The notes under the pieces: generated by a model
Told to the model about the DNA's origin: nothing
What the model saw: only the letters and a program-made list of their open reading frames with translations
Database searches by the model: none
Shown: piece after piece, positions 41,201 through 56,518 of the stretch
Layout of the letters: each line of letters starts with the position of its first letter
How positions within the stretch are numbered: position 1 is the stretch's first letter
Program-made: the position numbers and the translations under genes
Assembly: GCA_964016885.1 (NCBI GenBank)
Contig: OZ024743.1
Span: 122,450,001-122,514,000 of the forward strand
Length of the DNA stretch: 64,000 nucleotides
Direction of reading: 5' to 3'
From: Eledone cirrhosa
Taxonomy: Eukaryota

Positions 41201-42176
41201 GCTCGCAAATGGGTTGTTTCCTCGCAAACGAACCAATGCAGCCTTTTGCCCTCGGTTATTATATGTAACACCGACCCGTTTTGGAGGCGTATGTGGGCTG
41301 GTATTCTCTTTACATCCTCGGGCTTGATCTGGTGATCTGGACAAGTATCTCCAGGTCAATCCAGGACCATTCCTCCCTGGCAGTTCTCGTAATCTCTATC
41401 GGGACGGTATCCGTCCGCCTCCACGATTACGCATCCCAGGAGCCACCACATGTCAAGTCCTGGGGGAATCCCGGGAATGCGGACACAAGCAGTTCTTTTT
41501 CCAACGTGGCAGGGGTACATAATAACCTTGCTCGTTTTGCAAGGGGTCATGGCATGTTTCATAGCGAGGGCTTCTGACTTAAACAGCACCAAAATGGTGC
41601 CGTATTATCTGCCCCTCGCTATGTTCTCGGTGTAATCCGTGATGCACCTCAGCTCAGCTTCAATATCTGCCAGAGCAATTAAAGCCGCCGTCTTTGTCTC
41701 TGGTGACATGCTTCTGTAATGCACCGTTCTACACTCCACTACTTCAATGGCTTCTGCCGTGTCAGTTATGTTGGCCCAGGTTTGCTCTTGTTTGATGAGC
41801 TTCCAGGCCTGCGTCAAATTTTCATCTTTATTCGTGAGGTCCATGCTGAAGCATGGTTTCTTTTTGGGAGAAAATGTTTGCTGTATCCCTCCTCTCAACG
41901 TTTAAGCCACTGTCACACGACAGCAGACTTACAGTTGGGGGGCGTGGCTCAGCCATGTTTATTTGCTCGATAATTTTCTTTTTTTACACAAAGTTCAAAT
42001 ATTTGGGTAAAAAAACCCAACTATAATAGTTTCTCCCCTTCACAGGGCGCAGAAGGAAGTCTTACGACCCCCTTAGCAGCAAAAAAAAAAAAGAATTAGC
42101 AAATACAAATTAAGAAAACAACTCAAATTCAGTAACTCACGGAGCTTCCAAACACACGTCTACTCTTGCCAACGAC
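38288..42176 (-). mobile_element. L1/Tx1-like LINE, near end-to-end but degenerate and internally deleted
   Basis: ORF1-like remnants 41000-41900. APE start MAILRVGCLNVRGLG (~40262) jumps almost directly to RT (IHDNL..GALIHLDQSK, LYVLILEPLL, TGVKLNPKKS, W..RKLSLKGR, FLWRG..GGMGM). Ends in an (ATT)n tail. Confidence 0.85.
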
Positions 42177-42177
42177 C

Positions 42178-42458
42178 AATAATAATTGTTTGGCACAAGG
42201 CCAGCAATTACCCAGTGCATAACTGGTAGTTTATTTTATCGACCCCGTAAGGATGAAAGGCAAAGTTAACCTCGGCGGGATTTGAACTCAGAATGGCAAG
42301 GGCCGTAACTCTATGCGTCAAAGCATGGCATCTGACCCTCTACCGATACTGCCAATCCACTGCCACTTAACAACCAATAATAATAATAATAATTGTTTCT
42401 ACTTTTGGCACAAGGCCAGCAATTATGCCAGTGTATTACAGGTACTTTATTTTATCGA
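42178..42458 (-). mobile_element. Nin/Deu-core SINE plus a 3' fragment
   Basis: Family match. Confidence 0.88.
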
Positions 42459-44157
42459 GAGAAATGAACGCTTGCATAAAACACAACGCCAGAAAAAGAA
42501 TGAAGATTGCTGAAGCAGAACTCATCAGGTATACATGAAACACATATTAAATCTGGTTCTATTTGCCGTGTAATATTAAATACTAAATGACTAGAACATT
42601 CGTTATATGAAATGTCATTTGGTTCAACTATCATAACAATCCCTTCATCAATCTGAACGTTTCTTCAAATTATTGTTTGAAAACAGGAATATAAACTCTG
42701 ACTGCAAGAATAGAACTCTGTGGCAAGAAGTAAGTCTATGGATAAAGTTAATATCTACAATTGAATATAAAATGAATTGGGAGATAAGAAGGGTGTACTG
42801 GAGATAACAAAGTGTACTGGGAGATAACAAAGGTGTACTGGAGATATTATCGAAATGTAAGAGTTAAAGTTGAATTATAGCTGGAAATTGATATATTCTG
42901 TTTCAATGAATATAATGAGTATATTCTGAATGATACGAAATTTAAAGTCAGTTGAATCAATAAAAACGTAAATATTTAAAGTATCTATACTTAATCACAT
43001 TTTACAGAAATGTAATGTACAACATTGGTTAAACCATCACTGATCAAGATAAAAATGACGTTAAGGCAAAAGTAAACTGTTAGAAAGCCGTCCAACGACA
43101 GATTACATGAAACACGAGAAAATAATCGTAGCATTAGAAACCTTCAATAACCAATTAGCATGGATTACTGTCAAGGGACTAACATAGTTAAATATTGACA
43201 TTACAGGAAAATATATTAAACCCTCTATGGTGAAATGTCTCTAGACATTACTTCAATACAATGATCCATATTAACAAATTATTACATGTCAAATTATAGG
43301 AGTTAATAAAGCCCTTTCCAAAGAAAAGAAGTCTACTTGAATAACTCATTTTTTTTCTTATAAATTCCTTGAGCTGGTATCAAAATATCAAATCAAAGTA
43401 ATTTAAGAAAGTACAAAATTAAAAAATAGAAACTATAAAAATGCATATTGTAAATAATAAGCAGTAACGTAATTGAATACTAGTTATGGTCTGAGTAGAC
43501 AAATAATCTTGCAAAATGTTTTACTTTATATGATATATAGTTATAGTTCAAAAATATTATGTACCAAATTTTTAAAATTTTCTATGTATGAGTAATTCTA
43601 CTTTAATGTTAGGCAAGGCAGAGGCTTTCATTTGAACTGAATTGAAATTATCTCACTAGGAGGCCACACACGTCACAAATTGATCTACACACCCTTTACT
43701 AATCTACTTTTACTTTTCTAGATTTCCCTAGACGTGTTGGCACCGAACATGTTATTTGAGCTTATCTTTTATAATGTCTTAATTCTCTGTTGATACTGAG
43801 TTGATACTGGTTACATCGCATAAACCTTTTAAACAAACCATCACTTAAATTGACAGATCAACGCCGAATAATACTTACTACAACTGCCATGGAAGCTCAT
43901 GGCTACTTTTAATTCTCATAGTGTCAATTTAGATTATATTGATAATACAATTAACTAATTTGACATTGTTAATAGTGAACAATATATCGAGTGTACATAA
44001 TTCTACTTGCAATTTACTTTACTCAATTTAGTTAAACAAAAATGTTTGCATCTGAAAGATAATGTTAATAGGATAGATAAACTACGCCAGTGATCCGCAA
44101 GAAATATAGATGATTTGAATATTTTCCATGGAAAGGCGATATTATTTTGTCTCAGAT

Positions 44158-44362
44158 GGCGGTGGGTTGACAGTATCAGTAGAACGTCGAACACCATGCT
44201 TTGCAGCATAGACCTTACGGTCTGTGTTCAAACCCCGCAAAGGTCGATAAAATAAAGCACCGGAGTCGATATAATAAAGCACCAGTAATGCACTGGGGTC
44301 GATTTAATCGGCTTTCACTTCTCCAAACATTTTGGCCTTGTGTGTATATCAGAAACCATTAT
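44158..44362 (+). mobile_element. Nin/Deu-core SINE, long subtype, rearranged
   Basis: Family match. TSD ATTATTTT(T)GTCTCAGAT. Confidence 0.8.
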
Positions 44363-45007
44363 TTTTGTCTCAGATACACGTCATTTAGATCTTCCATTTT
44401 ATCAGTAGTCACCTTTTTGCAGGTTAGATAGATTAGAAAATGTTACTCAACAGAATCTCAGTAAAATAGCATAATGTTTTTAATACAGACAAAACTTTAC
44501 TTCAAATGGTCGATGAACATTAGCTTTATATAATTTGGATGGTAAATCTATTCCACCGCCCAGTTTAACACATATATCTGGTCTTTTGGGCACCTTTAAT
44601 GGAGTCCAAACCATGACAAGCATTTGGACAAGGCTTCCGGTTAGAGGATACACTCTTTCTTCCTTCTCACCAGGTTCGGAGGTGTCGATAAGAGTAATGG
44701 AAAAATCTGTCCCCTTTCCATAAAAATGGCATTTATTGACAAAGTGAAGTCAAGAGAACTAATTTCGAATATGTTATTGGTATTTATTTAATGAACTTCA
44801 ATGTATGACGTAATTATTAATTTCATAGCAAAACTTAAAGACTGAGACACTCATCCTCTCAAGAATGCCTACGCAATGCACTCTGCATGTGATTGGAGTT
44901 CCACTGATATAGGTAGAGACGTTCAGGTATCTCGGGGCCGTTTTCACGAGAAATGGAAGGAGCAAGCTGAATTAAATGCAAACTGTGTTGCAACTGGCGC
45001 AACAATG

Positions 45008-45159
45008 CTCCTCCTCCTCCTCCTCCTTCTTCTTCTTCTTCTTCTTCTTCTTCTTCTTCTTCTTCTTCTTCTTCTTCTTCTTCTTCTTCTTCTTCTTCTT
45101 CTTCTTCTTCTTCTTCTTCTTCTTCTTCTTCTTCTTCTTCTTCTTCTTCTTCTTCTTCT
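45008..45159. repeat. (CTT)n microsatellite
   Basis: Direct inspection. Confidence 0.98.
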
Positions 45160-45765
45160 ACTCCTGGGTCTCCTGCCAGGTGGTTTTGACCGTAAAATCT
45201 GTCCAGCGATTCTTTCCTGAGACATTCTAACTACATACCCATCGGAGCTGTAATCTCCCAATTCGCAGAAGCAGTGACTCTACCTGGAGTAACTCTCTGA
45301 TCTCCGAGCTATGCATTCTATCGAATAACGTTACTCGAAAGACCCTTCGGAGGAACCCCATTTCGGCTGCTTGTATTCGCGATCGTATTCTTTCGTTCAT
45401 TACCCAAGATTCAAGTGTTGGCACGAATACCGATTTGAAGATAGCGAGTTTGGCTTTTACACTTACCCCCCTTCTTCTGATTACCGAATGTTGAAGCTTT
45501 ACTGCACCAGTTCTTGCACTTAATTCAGCCTTCTGCCTTCCATCATTTGTGAACACGGACCCGTAATACTTGAACCTCTCTACCCGCTTCAGTGGAATTC
45601 TATTCACATGTAGAGTGCACTGCGCAGGCTTCCTTGAGAGCTGACCATTTATCCCATACTCCAGCAGAGCCTTCCACAGCAGGTCCTGAGGCAGACGGTT
45701 ATATGCCTTTTCGAGGTCTACAGAAATATACCTATTGGCAATACTCACACGATTTCTCGAAAGCG
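45160..45765 (-). mobile_element. RTE-like LINE RT 3' fragment
   Basis: VDLEKAY, VERFKYYGS, FKSVFVPTL, IQAAEMGFLRR, RLQLRW and GRRPR remnants. Confidence 0.85.
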
Positions 45766-46138
45766 TTTCCATTTGTATTCCTGAAAATTAACATTCGTGG
45801 TTTGTCCTTCTCGTATACTGAAATACAAACAAATGCATAATATACTAGTCGGAATCAATTATTTTAGGTGACTAGAGTGGTTTACATTGTAGATTAGTTT
45901 GTGATTATTATCCTTAGAATAAATATTTCTTGTAAATTAATTTTAATAATAAAAACAAAGCACGCATACATCACAGAGTAAGTATATATACATAGATATG
46001 GATCATTCTTTTTCAGTCTTATACACGCGACAATTGAAACAAAAACAGATATCTGATATTGTGCTGATACAAGCAATATATGTGATGAGTGGAAAAACTA
46101 GACATAAAATATTAAACCTGTTTTAAAATATTTATGTG

Positions 46139-46223
<85 letters not shown>

Positions 46224-46310
46224 ATAATAAATTTGAAGACTAAAATCCAAAGAGGGCTCGATAAGGGTGAAAACAGCGATTCTTTGCTTAAACTTTAATC
46301 TGTTATTTTA

Positions 46311-46366
<56 letters not shown>

Positions 46367-46498
46367 ATACTTTGGGAGGGTCATGTTGCCATATATTTAT
46401 ATATGTTTATATATATACGTTTTAATATGTACATACATACATACATACATATACACATACACACACACATATATATATATATAGTTTTAATATAGATG

Positions 46499-46549
46499 AG
46501 ATTATACAGGTCTAGAACTGTTTCATTCTTTAGAAATTATCAGGAATCT
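46499..46549 (-). ncRNA. Hammerhead-like motif with core CUGAUAA (family of 3921-3977)
   Basis: AGATTC-CTGATAA-TTTC TAAA GAAT-GAAACAG TTCTAGAC CTG-TA-TAATCT. Confidence 0.55.
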
Positions 46550-47252
46550 GGCTTTCCAAAAATAAATGTTGTATTTATAGCTCTTTTCAAGTGGTAGGAG
46601 AGGGTGGGGAGTGGAATGGGTGGAGGTCATTGGTTGGTAGAAAGGGAATTCATTAAAAGCTAATTCTTTAAGGCTATAATTTATATTTAGAGTGACAAAG
46701 GCAGAAAGAATTCTATAAATTGGGGTGCCACTCCTTATTTTTAAGTTTCTCTTAAGCTAACAATGCCTATATTTCAGGTGTCTATAAGATCGTTGGGAGT
46801 CGGTCATGGTTGATGGATTTAAAGTATATACTTTCCTTATGCATATTAACGGCTGACCAGCCTAATTTGCATATCGAGTGAGTTCAGTCGGCCGGGCATA
46901 TCGAAAACGATAAATGGAATAGAATGAAACGAAATTTCATTTCTCACTCTTAGTACGGCATATATGTATACATATATACATATATGTATACATATATACA
47001 TATATGTATACAGACGTACAGTAGTATGTATATATATACATACATGCACACATATATATATATGCACGTATCGGTTTACCGAACATTTATTAAGAGTGAG
47101 AAATGAAATTCCGTTTCATTCTATTCCATTTATCGTTTTCGGTGTGCCCGGCCGACTGAACTCACTTGATACGCAAATTAGGCCGTTCAGCCATTAATAT
47201 GCATAAGGAAAGTATATACTTTCAGACGTTCAACCATCTGGCAGGATGGTAT

Positions 47253-47295
47253 ACGATGTGGACGATAGCTAATAAGCTTGAAACTAGTACATCGT
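47253..47295 (+). ncRNA. Hammerhead copy 1 with mutated core (TGGACGA)
   Basis: Identical to 47699-47741 except CT>TG at core positions 3-4. Confidence 0.8.
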
Positions 47296-47698
47296 TCCTG
47301 TGTCAGTGTTGAACAAAAAGGTGACGTGGTTGCCTAAACACTGTACGGCGTAATTCGGACTGTTTGTTTGTTTACAAACAAACAAACCGAGCATTATAAT
47401 AAATGTTCGGTAAACCGATACGTGCATATATATATGTGTGCATGTATGTATATATATACATACTACTGTACGTCTGTATACCTATAAGTATGTACGTATA
47501 CATACATACATACTTACATTTAAGTAAGTGCCGTATTAAGAGTGAGAAATGAAATTTCGTTTCATTCTATTCCATTTATCGTTTTCGTTGTGCCCGGCCG
47601 ACTGAAATCACTCGATATGCAAATTAGGCTGCTCAGCCGTTAATATGCATGAGAAAAGTATATACTTTCAGACGTTCAACCATCTGGCAGGAAGGTAT

Positions 47699-47741
47699 AC
47701 GATGCTGACGATAGCTAATAAGCTTGAAACTAGTACATCGT
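47699..47741 (+). ncRNA. Minimal type I hammerhead ribozyme, intact core
   Basis: ACGATG-CTGACGA-T AGCT AATA AGCT T-GAAA-CTAG-TA-CATCGT. 6-bp stem I, 4-bp stem II, palindromic ACTAGT stem III, GUA triplet. Confidence 0.92.
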
Positions 47742-48019
47742 TCCTGTGTCAGTGTTGAACAAAAAGGTGACGTGGTTGCCTAAACACTGTACGGCGAAAT
47801 TCGGGCTGTTTGTTTGTTTACAAACAAACAAACCGAGCATTATAATAAATGTTCGGTAAACCGATACGTGCATATATATATGTGTGCATGTATGTATATA
47901 TATACATACTACTGTACGTCTGTATACATATATGTATGTACGTATACATACATACTTACATTTAAGTAAGTGCCGTACTAAGAGTGAGAAATGAAATTTC
48001 GTTTCATTCTATTCCATTT

Positions 48020-48893
<874 letters not shown>

Positions 48894-49096
48894 TTTCGTT
48901 TGATCTGTTTAGCTTACTTCATTTTTTGGGGGCTTCGGTGGCTTGATTGCTTCATGACCACCGTTTTCAGTTTGTTTGGCCTCTATAACATATGTTTATT
49001 GCTCTGGTCTTCTTTTAGTCCATTGAGCGCTTGCCGCATATCTCGAAAATTGCGTTTCGCTTAGTTTTTGACCACTGCCGAAATTCGATCTCGCTG

Positions 49097-49179
<83 letters not shown>

Positions 49180-49399
49180 TTGTTTTGCGAGGTTTTTGAT
49201 ATGAAATCGTGGTGTGTCGAAACAAATATTGTTATACTTGGGGAGGGTCATAGTGTTGTAATAATATTGCCAGAAAAAATAACAGAACACACTCACTGTT
49301 TAGTTGGTTTTTGCTTCTGTATCTTTTACATCTCCACAGTTAATTCATTCGGTCCTCAATGTTTACCATTGACTGACCAACGGTAAAAAATACAGATAT

Positions 49400-50461
49400 A
49401 ATATAGATATAAATACATATATATAGTCTAACAAAGTTCTTTCGTTGCACATCTGCAACATCATCAGTGGTACTATTATGTTCCTCCTGTTGTATTGTAT
49501 ATCTACGCCATTTTTATTTTATCTGTTCATTTATTTATTTTTGTTTTCTTCTCTGCGCATGCGTTTGCGTGTGTGAGTATTGTTTGTTTGGGTGTTGTTG
49601 TTATTCCATTCATTTTATCTGTTTAGCCTTGGCCTACTAAGCTCTATTTCGCTTGCCTCTCTGATTTGCCTATCTGCTGGGTCATTTCTATGTTTAGATA
49701 TTATTCTAATTTCTATGTTGTCTATGTTACCATCGTGTTGTTGTCTGGCATATTCGTATAGTACTGAACCGTTTTTTCGTCCTTTTAGCCCCCCCCCCCA
49801 GTGTTGGTCTATCCTTTCTCCTATGTTACGAGCTATCTCGCCTATGTATGTTGTTGTCATGTTTCTGCAAGTACCCTCTGTACATCTTATGCTATAGACT
49901 ACATTTCTAGTTTTACTGTTTATTCGGGGGTTTACTTTACACATAACACATTTCCTATTAGTACAGTGGTTTTTCTTAAAAGGGTTTGTTTTGCTGATCA
50001 GGGATTTTATGGTTGTTCCTGGCTTTTCTACCACTTTAATCTTTAAGTGGGTCTTTCTCAGATGAAGAATCTGTCCCGCATGTGCGACCCAACAGAAATG
50101 GAAAGACACATCCAACACTTCATCAACCGCATGCAGTTCTCTGGCTACAACCAAAGAGGCAGAATCAGAGTATACGAAGGAGCCATGGAGAAGTATAAGA
50201 CCCTCATAGAACTGGACATGAAAGGAATTTGCCCATTATACAGGAGCAAATTCTGGAATAGCTTAGATAGGACTAAAGCCACCTCATGGTACAACAACCA
50301 GAGATACCAGAGTGTCATGTTCGTGGACACCACCTCTGGAGGGAAATAAGCTAACCAGTGTAGACAGGCCCTGAGAAAGACCCACTTAAAGATGTGGATT
50401 TTCTTAAAAGGGTCTGTTTTGCTGATCAGGGATTTTATGGTAGTTCCTGGCTTTTCTACCA
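49400..50461 (-). mobile_element. Penelope-like element remnant: GIY-YIG on -, inverted RT-thumb segment on + (50062-50393)
   Basis: C..KCVMC...NVVYSIRC...TYIGEIARNIGERIDQH...RQIREA.EI...LN. The + strand segment encodes FINRMQFSGY...PLYRSKFW...SVMFV. Confidence 0.88.
49424..49475 (-). ncRNA. Hammerhead ribozyme in a PLE 3' pLTR
   Basis: TAGT AC CA-CTGATGA-T-GTTGCA GATG TGCAAC-GAAA-GAAC-TT-TG TTAG ACTA, about 140 nt downstream of the GIY-YIG stop. Confidence 0.8.
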
Positions 50462-53112
50462 TCGGGTTGGGTGATAGTTCAAAAGCACAGTAGTAAATCA
50501 ATAGAAGCAAAGAGAGGTAACTGCTCATCTGTAAGTTAGGGATTATAGTTTATTTGTGAATGAATCTTCGCAAATCATCCGAGTGACTGGATATCCTATG
50601 CAAACTAGGAAATTTGTGTGTCAAGTTGAAACAACACTGTTCCAGATATTGAGCATTACTGTAATGCACGTCTTGAACACAATCAGTATCTGAGCTGGGT
50701 TGAATGATTTTGTGACCTATTTTTGGCGATTTATTTTGCGATTATGTATACGTGAAATTGACATATAAGATCACCAAACCTAAAAAGTGTAACATTTGTT
50801 GCATATTCATTAACATATATTGTATTTCCGCAATACTTATTCTGAAAAGAATTCCCATATTTCGGTGAAATTTAGTTTGTCTGATTAAATATTTTATAAC
50901 ATTCAATTTCGTCTAATTTCTGAATTTAACATAAACAATACTAACTTAGTGATTAACAAAATAAGGCACGTAAGAATATCGACTCAATTATGTAGACACC
51001 TTGAATGTATTAATGATATTGTTCCCATATATTTGAACATAGCAATAAATAAAAGCTGAGTTAAAATACCTCAGAGACAGGCTTCCCAATGGTTCTGTTC
51101 TATGCATTTAAAGCTATTCAGTATCTTTTTAGAAAGGCTTGAACGTTTCACAAGAGCAGAAGCCAAGACAATTTTATGGCTAAATGAACTTGAACAAAGA
51201 CTGTATATAGGTTTATATTAGTTCACTATAGAGTAATGCATTAAATCATAAATTTATAAGAAAAAATCAAAACAAACAAATTGATGTACAAGCATTTCAG
51301 ATACGCAACGATTGTCTGTTTCTGTTATAAGTCTGACAATGAATTTTTTTCTCTTCAAGAATTGTTTTTATATTCTGTATATAGTCTGTGGGTATGAGTT
51401 TCCCATGTTTTTGATGTTGAATAAAAAATATAATTACTCGCAAGTTTGCAAATTGGTGTTTTCCAGATGATGAAAAAGAGAAATTGTCGAAGAAAATAAG
51501 ATTCTGAGAAAACAGCATTGAATTTCCTTAACAGAAATAGGATACAGAACAGCGTATACTTCCTCCACACTGAGAAGTAAAAATCTAAATCCGGTTTGTT
51601 CTGTTTGAGTTCTGATCTGTATCCCACATAAAATATTTGTTGATATTACAGAATTTCTCTTTAGATATAAGTTGAGAACAATGATACGAAGTCATTGTTA
51701 GTTATGAACACAACATAGCTATATAAGTACATTTTCAAACGTCAAGCTAGAATTAAAAATGGTTTTCAATCGTTTAGTGTTTCATGTCAAGCATAACAAT
51801 TTAATTTATCGCATAGCTGTTAATGAAAACCAGACCAAAAGCGAAGCTTAAATTATCAAATGCATGTTTAAAATTAGCTCTTTAGTAACTGAGAATTTTA
51901 ATGTAATTTTTAAAGCTCATTCACGCTCAGTGATTCTGTAGTATGTGTAAAGTATCTGATTTATTTGAAACGAATAAAAAAAATTTCTACAAACTTGTAA
52001 TTGAAGTATGTTATTTATACATACAATTTATATTGCAAATATAGAGGTTAGAATCCCATTAGTGTAAAACTTGTCTATTCAATATTATTATTTCGAACGA
52101 CAATGTAGAGCAAGTGTATGATCTCTCTGTAAATACGCCAGCTGGTTTTGCTTTGCAGTTAAAGTTCATTCACATTATTTAAGCTACTAAAGGCCTTTTA
52201 AAGATGTGAACGGCAGAACTTCCTGTTCCCTCTCCTCTAAAATATATGACTTTGCATCGACAAAAGAAACCAATATTTATTCATGTTATACGTTTGATAA
52301 CTACAGCCTTTTCATTGACTGTTTTAAGCAGATGTCTCTGAGTGCTGTAATGGCATGGACACAACATTACAATATAGCTAAATGTCTCTGACTTTATATT
52401 TGCAGTGGTATTTTCCAGTGACCCACATTTTATTGGATTAGATAGAGCGAAGTGTGCAACAAATTGATGGTCATTCAGAAGATAAAAATATATGCAAACT
52501 TTTCAGTAAGTAAGCGTAAATGCCCTATATTCTAAGGATGTCGTGAAAACGGAATGTGTTGTGTTTTTGCCTCATCAAAGAAAATAGTGACGTAAGTTAA
52601 TAAAAAATGGTCTCAGTCTAAAATTGAAGCACCACCGTAATTTCAGGACACCCTTTCAACCCTACACCTTTTGATTATATAAGTAATTTCCATATTTTAT
52701 TGTTCATTGCTGCAATTTGCTTCTACCGTTCTCTGAACTGTTCATGGTCACGTTAGACCAATCAGTTTTATTCCGGTTAAATATCTAGTTTTTCTTCACA
52801 ATCTAGATATTACGAATATGTCTTCATTATGCTTTCGTTAAATATGGCTATTAAGACGTAGTATTCATTTCAAAGATTTAATTGCGACAGTGAGCAGGCT
52901 GAGTTATGACAATGATCTCTTGTAGAGTGGTTGTCTTATATTTAGCTCATATTTTTCCCTCGTGTCAGTCTTCATCCGAAAGACCTATTATTTCACATGA
53001 CTGCATATCAAGAATTTATCAATATTATCTAATCATTTATGATGGATTTAGAAAGAAATACACCTGCGGGTAGTGGAACAGAAGGTGGAATCTGAGAACA
53101 GGTTTTGTATAG

Positions 53113-53820
53113 TGGCTGTGTTGCTATTTTACTTCATCTACGTCATCTGTACACTTCGACATAACATTATCGTCATATCGATAGACAAAAATAACATTAT
53201 CGTTATACTGATATAAATCCTCTTCTTTTATGTTTTTGAGAAAGACTTTACAGTTATTAAACGTCAAATGTCTCTTATAAAATTGCGTAAGGAATTTTCA
53301 AGTCTTATAAAGGAGAGACAGACTCTTGGCAAACAGTGCCAAGAATCTTTTATTCATGTCTCACCTTTTGCATCGCTAATATTCTTGAAAAAGCATGAGC
53401 GTCACATTATAATATACCATCTTGGGAGTATCAGTAGAGCGTCGGACAACATGCTTTATGGCATAAGGCTAATCCCATTTTCGATCTGAGTTCAAATCTC
53501 TCCGAGTTTAGCTTTGCCTTTCCTCCTTACAGGGTAAATAAAATAAAGTACAAGTAACGCACTGGGGTCGATTTAATCGACTTTCCTCTCCCCTAAAATT
53601 GTTGGCCTTGTGCTTGAATCAGAAACCATTATTATATAGGCAGTATCGGTAGAGGGTCGGACGCCATGCTTTGCAGTATAGTGTTACAGCCCTTTATGTT
53701 CTGAGTCCAAATCCCGCCGAGGTTAACTTTGACTTTCATCCTTACGGGGTCGATAAAATAAAGCACCAGTAATGTACTGGAGTAATTGCTGGCCTTGTGT
53801 CAAAAGTAGAAACAATTATT
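53113..53820 (+). mobile_element. ~320-bp dispersed repeat followed by two tandem SINEs (53425-53632, 53638-53820)
   Basis: Inverted match to 33013-33330. SINE family match. Confidence 0.85.
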
Positions 53821-55546
53821 ATATACCAACTTCTTTGTTAATCTTATCATTAAACAGGAAGGCGCTTGCTATAAAATAAGTTCCGGTAAGGTAGAGACCA
53901 TGATGCAGTTCCAGGTTTAAGGTAGACGTCATACATTTCACTGTAGTAAACGTATGAACGTCACAACATCACGAATGTCATCACTCAAAATATACGGTTT
54001 TTACAACTAGTTAAAAAAAAATTAAAGCCAACATCATTGTTAGCTCTGATTGAACAGATGAATTATAAACAAAATCCTGATCAAAAGATATTCTATAATA
54101 GGCGTCCCAGATGTGATTATATCTGATTTGTTTCAGAGATAGTGTATAATGATGTAATTATTCAATGTTCTATTAATAAAATGGTAGGGTTTTGGTTTGT
54201 AAGACATTTTACTGATAATATTTGCTTATTATTTTTTCAACGTGCAATATACAGCTAATTTCTCATTCACTGTTTGATTTTGAGCCCTTGCATATCTATT
54301 AATGATATGTACTTATATTTATATTGCAGTCACATGAAAAGCCTTTAAGCTAAAAATAATACTCGGCGGTGAGGTTTTAGAGCAAGAGGCTACTCTAACG
54401 ACCAGAGTAATTTTCTTTGTATTATACGGGTAATTATCTTCCCATTACCATTACCGTAAGAATATATTGGATGAAAATCCCCTAACGTAAATAACTTTCT
54501 TTATTGAGAGGAAATATTTGAAAAGTATGTACTAATAGGCGGCGAAATGATAACAAAAATATACACAAATAAATATAGCCGAAGTTTATCAGAAGAAATG
54601 TCAGATACATTTGCTAGAACGCTGGTAATGGATCAACGAGAAGGTTTTGTTTGAAACTCAGCATAAAGGCTATTCTTACATCTCAGAAATGTTTACATAC
54701 AAACCTAATTAGGCGCAAGTGTTATTGGAAAGTACCACGTCTGTTTTTCATTTGCTTTATGATAAGTTCCCGGCTAATTAATTCCTCGATTCAGTTTTTG
54801 ATTCACGGTTGGAAGGAACTACATCGTTTAACTTACTGGGCAAAACATGAACGTCACAACATCCATTTCCCCAATATCTATAGCGTCATGTTTATACGAC
54901 TCAAAAGAAAAACATATATCTATGTGATAAAATCAGATTTATCAATAAATGACTATTTATTCTCGGGAAAAAGTAGAACATTCAGAGAAGATGATATCAT
55001 ATTAATTCCTTTTAAAAGGAATTAATGACGTTGGTAAAATGTATTTGTTTCAACAAAGAGTGGTAATGTCCCAGCTGAAAAATTACATTTTCTGCCTCGG
55101 TGTTCGCCAAGAGTTTTTCATATCAATTAGTCAATATATTATTTGTTGGAGGTAATTATTTCATAATATATCAATAACATACATATCTAATGTGTGATTT
55201 ATTGGTCAAATGTCTTCTATCCAGTTGACTCGGAGAAAGTTAATGTTCATTGTTTTTCGTTCTTTGACTAAACCACTAAAAACGAAACGTCAACGTCGAC
55301 TGTAGAACTGTTTTATACTAGAACGTTAAATAATCCAAAGTTACAATAACCATTTCTGCTATTCTAACGTAAAAATGTCCCAAATTTCTAAAGAAGGGCT
55401 ATGGTATAATGAATCAACTTCAGTAATGGTATCATTCCATCGAGGAATGAATGGCGAAATCAACCACAATGAAAATAGAAATCAGAACGAAAAAAGACGT
55501 AACTAAATATCATAGGTTTAGTTAGGATCTCAACATTTTCTGCTAA

Positions 55547-56284
55547 ATAATTGTTTATGCTATTGGCACAAGGCCAGCAATTACCTAGTACATTACTGGT
55601 ACTTTATTTTATCGACCCCGTAAGGATGAAAGGCAAATTTAACCTCGGCGGGATTTGAACTCAGAATGGCAAGGGCCGTAACGCTATGCATCAAAGCATG
55701 GCGTCCGACCCTCTACCGATACTGCCAATTCACCAATGATTTCTAATATAGGCACAAGGCCAGTCATTTTTTTTGGTGGGGGGGGGGGCGAATATATCGA
55801 CCTCAGTGCTTTAGTGGTGCTTTATTTTATTGATCCCTTAGGATGAAAGATAAAGCCGGCCTCGGCAGGATTTGAACTCAGATCATAAAGGGGCGTAACT
55901 CTATGATGCGAAGCATGGCGTCCGACCATCTACCGATACTGCCATTCCACCGCCCTTTTCTGCTAAATAATAATGGTTTCTTATATAGGCACAAGGCCAT
56001 CAATTTTGGGGGAGGGGAAAGTCGATTAAATCGACCCTAGTGCGTGACTGGTACTTTATTTTATCCACCCCGTAAGGATGAAAGGCAAAGTTAATCTCAG
56101 CGGTATTTGAACTCAGATCATAAAGGTCCGTAACTCTATGCTGCAAGGCATGGCGTCCGACTCTCTACCGACACTGTCAATCCACCGCCCTTTTCTGCTA
56201 AATAATAATTGTTTCTACTTTTGGCACCAGGCCAGCAATTACCCAGTACATTGCTGGTACTTTATTTTATCGACCCCGTAAGGT
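55547..56284 (-). mobile_element. Tandem cluster of four Nin/Deu-core SINEs (last one truncated)
   Basis: TTTTCTGCTAAATAAT at 55536, 55956 and 56191. Confidence 0.9.
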
Positions 56285-56466
56285 AATAATGATGGTCTTT
56301 GCTATGACTTGGAGCCACACAATTAGGTTAAATCTGCAGAACCTTAGCAATGAAAGTCGAAGTTGGCACGGTAGAATTTGAACACAGAAGATAAAGGGAC
56401 ATAATCACAGAAAAGCGTTTTGTTTTAAATTTGTTTTGTGAAATCATAATAATTATTATTTTCTCG

Positions 56467-56518
<52 letters not shown>

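Noticed and set aside
55536-56206. CRISPR-like repeat-spacer pattern
   Set aside because: The repeats are TSDs and the spacers are SINE copies. The context is eukaryotic with no cas genes.
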